Positions 53,345 to 64,000 of a stretch of DNA of 64,000 nucleotides are shown here, one piece after another. A program made the position numbers and the translations under genes. Within the stretch, counting starts at the first letter, position 1; each line of letters starts with the position of its first letter. A model generated the notes under the pieces. It saw only the letters and a program-made list of their open reading frames with translations. It searched no databases and was not told where the DNA came from. Source of the stretch: Mytilus californianus. Its lineage: Eukaryota. Location: positions 52,948,001 to 53,012,000 of the forward strand of contig NW_026262690.1 in the NCBI RefSeq assembly GCF_021869535.1, given 5' to 3'.

Positions 53345-53740
53345 GATTTTTATAGTTCGTTCCTGTGTTGTACTGTTACACCACTGTCCCAGGTAAGGAT
53401 CCTGCTAACATGTTAAACCCCGCCACATTCTGTATGTATGTGCACGTGCCTGTCCTAAGTCAGGAGCCTGTAATTCAGTGGTTGTCGTTTGTTTATGTGT
53501 TACATATTTGTTTTTCGTTCATTTTTTGTACATAAATTAGGCCGTTAGTTTTCTTGCTTGAATTGTTTTACAATTGTCATTTCAGGGCCTTTTAGAGCCG
53601 ACTATGCGGTATCGGCTTTGCTCATTGTTGAAGGCCGTACAGTGACCTATAGTTGTTAATTTCTGTTTCATTTGGTCTCTTGTGGAGAGTTGTCTCATCA
53701 TGCTCATTGGCTATCATACCACATCTTCTTTTTTATATAG
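53345..53740 (+). repeat. Dispersed repeat family B copy; others at ~5270-5560, 16170-16490 (reverse), 21890-22110, 28440-28710, 45370-45540 (reverse), 55720-56075, 56680-56840
   Basis: Shared core gaaggccgtacggtgacctatagttgttaatttctgtgtcatttggtctcttgtggagagttgtctcattggcaatcatacc. Confidence 0.8.
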
Positions 53741-54297
53741 CATGTACATCTTACAATAATTCCACTCCAAATATATTTTTCTGTTTGTTTATCATGTTTA
53801 TAGTAATCGAGATGCAGACTTGACCCCGAATATATGCTTGTTTCATGAAATGAGGTCAAAATTAGGCGAATCTGCAACCATATCTGACAGACATGGTTTT
53901 CTCTTTTGAATTTTTTTCATATTTTTCTGGTCGGGGCCTTTTGTAGCCGACTAAAGGCATGGGTTTTTCTCGTTGTACTACAATTGCTTATATCAAGTTA
54001 TTGAAAAGTCTGGAGGGTAGTTGTCTGATTGGCAATCATACCGCATCTCTTTATTTTTAAGATGAAAAATAGTAAATATCTTATGATGTGTGTCATTCAG
54101 TTACTGTCTCATTTGTTTTCATACGCTACATCTCTTTTTAGTCACATTGACAGCTGCAGGCATGACATGACCCAGATCTAGAGTGGCAATACAGCAATTG
54201 TAAGGGGGTTAAAAGTCAAAAAAATTTGAAGAGTCTTAAGTTGAATAAGTTACAGCAACCAGATACTGAAAAATTAAATAAATAAATATCAACTGTT

Positions 54298-57200
54298 TTA
54301 ATCATCTTGTACTTCTAATAAAGCCATATCAAGATCTTCGAAGTATTCATAGGCAGACAAATTGTAGTCTTCAGTATTTCTATCTGATACAGCAGAATCT
54401 TCTTGCTCCTCAACAACTTGTTCTGACAGAAATAACTTCTCAAGAGGTAACATATCACAGGATTCACAATTACAAGACTTAGCACACAAGTCACAGCATG
54501 AATGTTTCCTGCTTTCTTTCTTCATCAAATCATCCAAGTCTGAATTTCTGAGGAAATTACACATCAGATCCTTTCTCCTACAATCTTTAGCTTTAAGAAT
54601 TGCCTTAACTTCCGGTTTCAACTTCTGCAAGTGGTATCCATTGTATAGGATAATGGCAACTGATGGATTTCCATCACTCCCCACTCGCCCTATTTCTTGC
54701 AGCAAATCTACCAGATTATTTTGAGGTCCAAATAATACCACTCCACTACACAAACCCATTCCCAGGGCACTGGTTGACAAAATAAGTCTCAAAACACTAC
54801 TTTCCTCCTTCAATGCATTAATTATAATGTTTTTGTTAACATCTGGAGTTTCAGAATGGAACATCTCAATATACTTGGCACAATGTGGCAAATCTGTTAC
54901 AATGTATTTATAAGGTTTGGAAGTGTCATTTATCGATGAATAATACAAAAGTGTACGTGGGAAGTCCTGTCTTTTTTCCTCTTATGCATCTACTGACCAT
55001 GTCATTCCCATTTCAATTTCATTTTTAATTTTGGAAGATACTAGTTTAATATTAGACTTGTTTGGTGATAAATTAATTTCTGTTGTGTCCTCCCCTAGCT
55101 GTAATATTTTCATGAGTTTTTTCCTAAAGCTTACATTGCAAGTTGCACTTAAAGCCAATACTGTAGCATCGGGAAAGAGGGATCTTAGTTCACCTACATT
55201 TGAAAACCATTTTCGGAAAGCCTCTTTTCTGTCTCCTTCATCTTGGCCCCTGAAAGAAAAATAGAAATAAGTACATCTATAAAAACTTTTATAAAAGGTA
55301 AATATCAGCACCTCTTGCCTAGTTTGTTAATTCTTATGGCAAAACAAAAATAAATACATGTATGTGCATGTCCATATTGTTATGTAACAGCCTATCATTC
55401 AGTGGTTGTTGTTGGTTGCTGTCTAGCACATTTGTTTATGGTGTTATTTTTCATACATTCTTATAATTACATTGTAATGGTTCAACATTTTGCAAGTAGT
55501 GGTCTTAAAAGAGCTTACTTTTTAGTATTAGGTTATCTCGTTCTTGAAAGCTGTACAGTTCTGTACCAGTGGTCTTAATTTTTTACTTCTATATTTTTGA
55601 AAATCTAAAATTCATAAAAATGGGAAGGGAGTACACATCAATATATAGAAACAATTCATCAAAGTTTCATGCAAATTCGTTGAATAGTTTTTGAGTTACT
55701 GTCTGACATGTTGACGATTGACAGACAGTCACAGGTTAGGGGAGGGTTGGGATCCCGCTAACATGTTTAACCCTGCCACATTCTGTATAGTGCCTGTCCC
55801 AAGTCAGGAGCCTGTAATTCAGTAGTTGTCATTTGTTTATGTGTTACATATTTGTTTTTCATTCATTTTTTGTGCATAAATAAGGCCGTTTGTTTTCTCG
55901 TTTGAATTGTTTTACATTGTCATTTTGGGGCCTTTGATAGCTGACTGTGCGGTATGGGCTTTGCTCATTGTTGAAGGCCGTACGGTGACCTATTATAGTT
56001 ATTTATTTCTGTGTCATTTGGTCTCTTGTGGAGAGTTGTCTCATTGGCAATCCTACCACTATTCTTTTTTATATAGACAACGGTATACCATAATACGTCC
56101 TGTAGATGTGCGAATAGAAATGAACATGGGGAATAAACATTGTATCCACTTACCAAATTGCTATTGTGTGAAACTCATCAATTACAATCAACTTAATGTT
56201 CAACTTCTTTAAACAAGTTCTCCAATAGGGATCACCAACCAATGTTTCTGGAGATGCAAAAATGACATCTATCAACCCCTCTTTGATTCGATCGTCACTC
56301 TGGGGGGGATGATCCTAAAATGCAAAAAAAAATGTAGGTGGGCAGTCTCCAAAAAGACATATTTCTATGATAACTTCTATAATTTAAATGTACACAAAAA
56401 TGTACACTGTACAAATACCCTTTATCCATTTCACTGCGTTTGATTCAAGATTGAAATCCAATGAAATAATTCTTATTGTTGTAAAGTCCAATACAGAAAT
56501 GAATCTAGCTGAGATTTCAATGAATGCATGGCATATTTTCTCGATTTTGAGATGTTTCTGCCAATTTACCTGTTTGGCCATCCAACAAGGTCATTTAGAC
56601 TGCACTTTTTCATATTTTTCTTTTATTTTTTCATTGTTTAACACAGATAACAATCTAATTTAAAAATTAAGTTTCCCGCACGTTTCTGGGCCATGTAAAG
56701 CTGACTATGCTGTATGATTTTGCTCATTGTTGAAGGTCAGATGGTGACCTATCGTTGTAAACTTTGTCATTTGTTGTCTGGTGGAGAGTCGAGTTGGCAA
56801 TTATAGTCTTGTACATGTACGACATCTTCTTATTTTTATATGCATGTATATTTGTTTTGAGATAGATTATTAGTACATGTAATTAACAACATTTCCCTTG
56901 GACTCTGGTGCTTCATTAATACAACATGTAGTATATATCTTTATACAAAGTATGAAGAACTAGCATTATGGCCAAAACGACTGTAAAATACTGGCAATAT
57001 GACCGATACAATCTGTTCTCGGTGAAATGAGACAAATTTATGTGCTACCATGGCTACGATCTACTGCTTCTGCAGTTTTTTTTAACTTTGCTCATGTATA
57101 TCTAAGTTTCATATTACTGCTTTGTTACTGTTAGTCATGTGTATGTGTTGATATACTGAAGTTTAAATGTATGTTCCTGCAAATAAATTTTATTTTATTT

Positions 57201-58450
57201 GATAAGGCATACATGTACATCTTTGCCTGGTCAGATGCGGATCCAGGGCTATGGAAAAGGGGGCCCTGTGTGGGAATAACGTCTTAAGATAGAGTCATTG
57301 CATTAATTATATAAGTAGCTCAAACAGCATAGGTGGATCCAGGGGGGCCTGTGCCCCCCTTTTGTGGGAAAAATTTAGTTGATTATATAGGGAATCACTG
57401 AAGCATGACTGGAGCGGGCCCCCTCTTAGGTCAGTCAGTGGGCCCCCCTTACAAAAAGTTCTGGATCCTCCACTGTACAGGGGGATAACATGTCACCCCC
57501 TAAATGATTTCTCAGGTGTTATAAACATCTTTATTATACAACACTGCCAACATAATAATTATAATATAAATTAGGTGTTTAATGGCATTAAATACTATAC
57601 ATGTAGTATAGACTATTCCATTTATTGAAGCCTTACTACCACTGCATGCTTAAAGTTATACTAACCTTTGTATGTAGCAGTACTATTTCCAATGTGCGAG
57701 AGTTTTTCCACCTGGTCCTGCATCAGAGCTACTAAGGAACAACAGACTAAAACTTTCCAGTCAGAACTGTTTTCAATAACCTCCCGGACAACTGGAAGGT
57801 ACAGTTGAAACGGCAGTGACTTGCCAAAACCAGTCGGGAGTACAGCCACGCAGTTCTTCTTGTTAACAAAACACTCTAAAATTTCCTTTTGCTCCTTCTT
57901 TATATCATTTATAAGGGGACGAAGTCCCCTATTACAGTAGAAAAATCAATAAAAAAAAAAAAAAAAAAAAATCGGGAAAATTTCCCGAAATTTTCATTGT
58001 ACTAATGAACTCAAAATCGTTAACTTTTTTTTTGTAACTTTTTTAAATTCCCGCATTTGCGCAGAAATCTACTTCCTTTTTCCGGTCTCGTTTGTCATGA
58101 GACTTTGAGTGAAATATATATTTATCAGTCCAGTACATTATAGGAAGGAACACAATAACAATTTCATTTCTAATTATTCTTTGATATGAAAAAACGTTAC
58201 CTGATGATAGCGTCTTTGTTTACATTGAATATGACGTCATAATTAAAATAACGTCACAACTAAAATCCCTAACAACAGAACCAAAATCGGAAACGTTACG
58301 GTATTTCCGTTTCTTTTTTAACAGATTTAGAACTTTTAAAAAATATGTTTGAATTAAAAAAAAATAATTGATATAGACTTCGTCCCCTTTCACAGGTAAT
58401 GCCTGCCTCATATTAAGGGGACGAAGTCCCCTATTACGGTAGAAAAATCA

Positions 58451-58483
<33 letters not shown>

Positions 58484-58983
58484 GGGAAAATTTCCCGAAA
58501 TTTTCATTCTACTAATGAACTCAAAATCGTTAACTTTTTTATTTTCAGACTTTTTTATTTTCCCGCATTTGCGCAGAAATCTACTTCCTTTTTCCGGTCT
58601 CGTTTGCATGAGTCTTTGAGTAAAATATATATTTATCAGTCTAGTAAAATATAGGAAGGAACGCAATACCAATTCCATTTTTAATAATTTCTTGAATGGC
58701 TTGATATGAAAAAAACGTTACCTGATAGCGTTTCTTTGTTTACATTGAATATGACGTCATAACATAAATAACGTCACAACTAAAATTCCGAACAACAGAA
58801 CCGAAATCGGAAACGTAAGGGTATTTCCGTTTCTTTTTGAACAGATTTTGAAGTTAAAATATGTTTGAATTAAAAAAAATAATTCATACAGACTTCGTCC
58901 CCTTTCACAGGTAACGCCTGCCTCATATTACCAAATTTTGGCAAAACTTTTGTCAAAACGTTGTCCAAACTGGGCGCATCCAT
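54298..58983 (-). pseudogene. RecQ-like SF2 helicase pseudogene of the transposon; exons 58983-58930 + 57912-57666 (split by an insertion), 56314-56154, 55249-54298
   Basis: Motif I LPTGFGKS; DEFH box (LIVIDEFHTIAIW|GQD); motif III ALSAT; STSALGMG; motif VI QEIGRVG; zinc module CRR...HSCCDLC. GT-AG introns. Lesions: +1 C in a C-run near 56302-56308, in-frame TAA at 54984-54982, 1-kb insertion in exon 1. Confidence 0.88.
57913..58929 (+). mobile_element. Head-to-tail dimer of a ~500-bp HINE/DINE-1-like non-autonomous Helentron (copies 57913-58414 and 58415-58929)
   Basis: Each copy starts with hairpin AGGGGAC-GAA-GTCCCCT, carries the subterminal inverted repeat GACTTCGTCCCCTT near its 3' end, then a small hairpin (CAGG-taayg-CCTG). 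Removing 57913-58929 restores the helicase frame (KFG|INDIKKEQ). Confidence 0.7.
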
Positions 58984-60362
58984 ATTTTTTAACGATTCGA
59001 TAATGATATACAAGCCCGTCGCTGATTGGTTAATCGAAATTGATTTTCTGCACGCTGATTGGTCGGTCAAAGTTCACCAAATTTGACCCTAGTCATGACC
59101 CTCAAGCGGCTGTTGTTAGATCTCTCACGCGCGACATATAAACAACGAGGAGCAAGTGCGGAGATTTAATTTTAATTAGATTGGTATCATACGTTTTTAA
59201 TACTGCTATTGTGTTATTATATACATATTACATCGGCATTTTTAGCGATACACGTTACAGAGTTATTTACTATTGAACCATAAAATTTGGAGACTCTTCA
59301 TAATTATTTCCTGCTCTCGTTGGACTTTTTAAAAAAAGGTTTGTTAGTCACTCTTTATATTCACTTCAAAATATATATAAAGTAAACAAAATGATGACGT
59401 ATTTAAACTACAAATGCAGCAACTATGACTAGTTTGTCATAGTTCGTTTGCATTTAATTTACAATTTTAATCTGTTCACTTTAAATGTTTTTAAAGGCAA
59501 ACTGATTATAATTTATTGCATTTACATTTTTATAAAACAAACAACCTACTTAGTGAAACAGATGAGTGTTGAGATTTAAGATCTCCAGCGCTTGACTTTA
59601 AACCAACAGGGCACCGTAGTATTGTGATCACTGTGTCTTTAGTACTAAATTGATATTTCGATAGTTTTTTTAATGAAATTGATTTTTTTACTGTGTTATA
59701 GCAAATATAGGTTGATGACTTGCTTATACCCCAACCATCCTTGATTCATATCCACAATTCTCGTTAAACCATTATTTGATGGAAATTGAATTTTAATAAA
59801 TAGATTGGTCAGTAGTCAAGAGTGCACTCTTTTTATTACATTGTGATACTCTAATTATTTTGGGGTTTACAAAGTAAAACATGGACCGTGGCATATCTAC
59901 ATGCATAAAAATGAAAGGCGCGATAGTATGAAATTGAAGATACTTCTCGAAAATTTTCTAGTTGAATAAAAAACATAGTTAGGGCACTTACTTAAACTTT
60001 CAATTATCAAATAGTACCTGAACGAGTCATAAACTCATTTTAAATATTTACAGAAACGACCCAGTTTTCACCCTCAGAGATACCATAAATTTCAATATCG
60101 GTTGATAAGACTGAATCCCAAATTACCACTTATGTACATACGATTTCGTAACTTCGTAAACAAGTTCAGTTAATAGCAACGTCCATATCAACAATGACCT
60201 ATACATGTTTAAATGCACACAAATAACTTCTTCTAAGCTAATCTGTCGATGTATATTATATTGTGTGTGTGAAATCTTACTTATTTGAGTGATAATGTTA
60301 CTGGTTCATTTTAAATACTTTACAATTGATTACTAGTATTGAAATTGATACAACTTTAAGAC

Positions 60363-63174
60363 ATGGTAAGTCGTTTAATTATTATTATTCATAACATAAT
60401 AATTGATAAAACCACGTACGAGATATATATTAAATTCATGTGTTAATATTTTGTTGCATGTAAATTATTCAAACTTCTGACCAACAATGACCAACATGAC
60501 CAACAATGACCAAAGACCTCTTTTGTTATTATATGTTCTTATAGTTAAATTGCTTGTTTTATATGTACAAGGACATCATTCGTAAATATGAATCAACATG
60601 CAGACACCTTATACGTTCAGGTATTTCACATTCCATTTTTTATGGTAATATTCTATAAAAAGCACAAAAATGTCGACATTCACCTCAAAAGCTAACCAAA
60701 CCTTTAAACAGACTTATTCAGAAGGGATATTGTTATGATACTGTTGTCAGTTCATTAAAGATGGCATATTTTGGTATTAATATTGATTCACTCATAGGGT
60801 CTTTGCATCGCAAATAAACACATTTATTCTAAAACCAGTTGTTGGCATGATACGGGTTATGTTCTTCTCATATATTTTCTGATGGTATGATACTTAACCC
60901 CTAACGGGAGGGATTGTGCTTGATTTTCATATGATGAAGACATAATCTTTCAATCAGTTTAATCGAGGTCTGGAGCTGGCATGTCAGTAACTGCTAGTAG
61001 TCCTTTGTTAATTTATGTATCATTGTCATTTTGCTTAGTTTCTTAAGTTACCTTTTATGACATCGGACTCGGACTTCTTCTAAACTGAGTTTTACTGTGC
61101 GTGTTACTGTGTGTTTGTTTATTCTACATTGGCTAGAGGTATAGGGGGGAGTTTGAGATCTCACAAAACATGTTTAACCCCGCCGCATTTTTGCGCTTGT
61201 CCCACGTCAGGAGCCTCTGGTCTTTGTTAGTCTTGTATGTTTTTTAATTCTAGTTCATTTATATGTTTTAGAGTTTAGTGTGACGTCCATTTTCATTGAA
61301 CTAATACACATTTTGTTTAGGGGCTAGCTGAAGCCCTCCTCCGGGTGCGGGATTTTCTCGCTGTGTTGAAGACCCATTGGTGGCCGTCGGCTGTTTTCTG
61401 CTGTTTGGTCGGGTTGTTGTCTCTTTGACACATTCCCCATTTCCATTCTCAATTTTATTCTCTTCCTTATTCTCATTTTTTTTTCATCTTTTTATTCAAG
61501 TCACATATTCGTGCTATGTCACCTTACACCAACTTTCTTTCTAAAACAAAACCCCAATGTTATCCTTTTTTACTACCGATATATTTTGATTCAAGTAAAG
61601 ACCTCTTAGTTTGATTTAAATTTTACTTTGATATGTAACACCCACCTATATACACATGTATGTATGTATGTTGGATTAGAAAACTATAGAAGTGAAAAGG
61701 TGACAATTGGAAAGTTGAAATCATCACGTTTGTCATAGATTCTAGTTTGAAGTCGTCTATCTGTATCAATATCGAGGAAAGATCAATATATGAAGCATAT
61801 CTTCTTCTTTTAAGTTCACTGGGATGTATGAGATGTAAGCACACTTTGAAATCTGTGCTAGTGAGTGACAGAATATTATCAATATATCTGAAAATGAAAT
61901 TAAAAACATTGCAAGATGCTTTTCTTTTAGGCTTTGAAGAGGTTCTGTATGAATTCTTTTTGAACCGACCATGCAAAACTCTCACAGGTAATTAAGGTAA
62001 TTGAATACCTCGTAGTAGTATTTTGAATTATGCTTCAAATTAGTACAATAACATGCCGACAAATGTGTTGCACAATTAGTACCCATTTGAAATACCGACC
62101 AAAATTAACAAATATGTTGTCAAGCAATAAGTCCAGTATTGTGATGGTATCATATTCGGCGTGTTTGTTGTGGGAATCAGTGAGGTTTCTCACAAAGTCA
62201 GATTTTTCATTACCTAAAACAAGGAATTTGTATCTACATTTCCCTTTTTTTTTGTAGAAATGGCTATGTTTAATGAGACGAATATCTTGACGACCCCGGT
62301 ATTTTATATATATATCATTCTTTATAAAGATTTCTGTAAAGTCTATGTATCCAGTATTAAGATGGGATATTTTCATCGTCCTTTTTATACAAAAGGAGAG
62401 AAGGACGCATTTAAGATTTTCTGAATGATGTAGGGGTATATGTGGGATTCTAAGTTTTGCAGATTTTCTAAAATCTCTTTTTCGGAAATGATGTAGTGGT
62501 ATTTGTGGGATTCTCAGTTTTACTTGAAGTATTTAGAAAGCTACATTGCTTAAGCTCGCAGTTTATATTAAAAGATGCATTTAGTTCCAGTTTTTCGAAA
62601 AACATCTATAAAGCGTACGTAAAGAGAATATCTGATTAATGTGATAACAGGAAGACAAACCAATAGCGCATGTATCAAATAAAACATACACCAAAATAAA
62701 TCTGATTTCTTTATATAAAATTGAAAAAACTACAGTAATTACCTAATGAATGTTCTGTTAGACATTAAAATTGCATCATAGATGGAAACCCAATACGTAA
62801 ATAAAGTACAAGTTAAGTCGCGTAATTATCATGAAGTGTTTAGATACATGTAGCTTTGTTTTGTAGGCGGAACAAGGATTGACAGAAGATCAATGTGAAC
62901 GTAAGTTATTTATTCAGGTTTCTTATTTTCGATCATTTTAAACACATGATTATATTATCGACATACAGCCTAGATAATTTCCGTACATTAATGGCTGGAA
63001 TTAATATTGACTCTTAAAGTTTCCTTGTAGATATTACCGGTGTGTTCAATTGGTTTGATAAAAATGGCGATGGAAAAATCGACGCCAAAGAATTGGGATT
63101 GGCTCTACGATTAGAGGGATTAAACCCAACAGAAAAAGAAATAACAGAAATGATTCAAAAAGTAGATATTGATG
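60363..63174 (+). CDS. Calmodulin-like gene 4, 3'-partial; exons 60363-60365 (ATG), 62867-62900, 63031-63174; continues beyond the window
   Basis: acATG|gtaagt, ttgtag|62867...62900|gtaagt and ttgtag|63031...63174|gtaag join in frame. Product so far: MAEQGLTEDQCEHITGVFNWFDKNGDGKIDAKELGLALRLEGLNPTEKEITEMIQKVDIDG...; 144-nt exon as in the other paralogues. Confidence 0.88.
61623..62380 (-). mobile_element. Degenerate Penelope-like RT fragment in intron 1 of gene 4
   Basis: Broken ORFs with LLLDNIFVNFG and FNFIFRYIDNILSL (RYIDD-like catalytic motif). Confidence 0.7.
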
Positions 63175-64000
63175 GTAAGACAAAAAACATCCAAATTTGT
63201 ATGAAAAAAACTATTACCCAAACGTTTAGAATTGATTCACAATAACTATTGTATTTTATTTGCGATACACTATAAGAAGGCATTCGACTTCATATAGCAT
63301 TGTCCTATCCCTGTTTAAATGACTTTCTTGGAGTCAAATATTATGTTATTTTTGCTGTCATTTTTTTTACCATTGTTCATGATCCCTGAATTCGCCACGA
63401 AAAGCATGCGTACCCAATGTGGTTTCTTTCGTGCCGACCGACCAACAAATGGAGAATAAAATTGGTCTAGTTATGTCCAAAAATATAAAATTTTGTAAAT
63501 TCTGCATTTCCCCGCACCGTGATAAATCGATTTATTGCTGTTTGCTGAACGTCCAGTTGCAGATATTTCATGCACATTCAAAACGAGAACAAACTAATAA
63601 TTAATTGACGAAGGCGTCTAATGGATTCAATTACAATGTCATTTTGAAACCAAAACCAGAGACTGACAAAAAATATAAAGCATTATATACATGTCAGATT
63701 AAATTTTTAGACCATAATGCTGTATGATATAAAAAGGGCAACAGCTATAACATCGATGTCATATTATAATTTAAAAAGTTATTAGCAAATCAGAAGAGGG
63801 TGTGGTACATGTCAATGAGATAGCATCCAAACTACAAAAAAAAATCAATATTTACAATGTAAGAATTGAATGCTTCTTTTTGTACATTTATTGGGGTGTA
63901 AAAGCGTTGACCGAAGTACGTTTTGTATGAAGCGCGGAAGCGCTTTATTTTAAAAATATGCGCACGGTCAACACTTTTACAACCCTATAAGAATACTTAA

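Larger units (their letters stand above)
50261..59186. mobile_element. Academ-type (AcademH-like) DNA transposon, decayed, 8926 bp, with transposase remnant (+) and RecQ-like helicase pseudogene (-)
   Basis: TIRs 50261-50368 and 59078-59186 (TACCAATCTAATT...; 3 substitutions and 1 indel). TA...TA ends; TCA flanks both sides. Internal coding remnants of both gene types are convergent. Confidence 0.85.

Noticed and set aside
54298-58983. Host RecQ/WRN/BLM DNA-repair gene
   Set aside because: Lies inside TIRs next to a transposase remnant, has a frameshift, a stop and an insertion, and lacks winged-helix/HRDC extensions.
50251-59196. IS3EU assignment, or a 9-10-bp TSD, for the TAC...GTA-ended 8.9-kb element
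   Set aside because: The 6-, 9- and 10-bp flanks do not match, and the internal genes are Academ-type transposase plus RecQ-like helicase.
918-63245. ORF-track starts and ends for the EF-hand ORFs (918, 2695, 15041, 17633, 40230, 44848, 63042)
   Set aside because: They run into intron sequence; the real units are the AG/GT-bounded exons listed in the features.

Overview
AT-rich, repeat-dense animal genomic DNA. The dispersed-repeat families look like those of a bivalve, probably Mytilus; that assignment is inference. The window holds a tandem array of four divergent, intron-containing calmodulin-like (EF-hand) genes, all on the + strand. Gene 1 is 5'-partial (1006-3992), gene 2 is complete with an acidic tail (13517-18775), gene 3 is complete at 151 aa (37628-46182) and gene 4 is 3'-partial (from 60363). 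All were assembled by hand from GT-AG exons at the calmodulin intron positions, and none is canonical calmodulin. Between genes 3 and 4 lies a decayed 8.9-kb Academ-type (AcademH-like) DNA transposon with 108-bp TIRs, a deleted transposase and a convergent spliced RecQ-like helicase pseudogene. Between genes 2 and 3 lies a 3.18-kb fold-back element with ~1.5-kb inverted arms, TAC...GTA ends and a 6-bp TSD (IS3EU-like). Also present are several Helentron-type non-autonomous elements (HINE-like), Penelope-like and LINE fragments, short palindromic elements, and a 2.5-kb 33-bp minisatellite inside gene 3.
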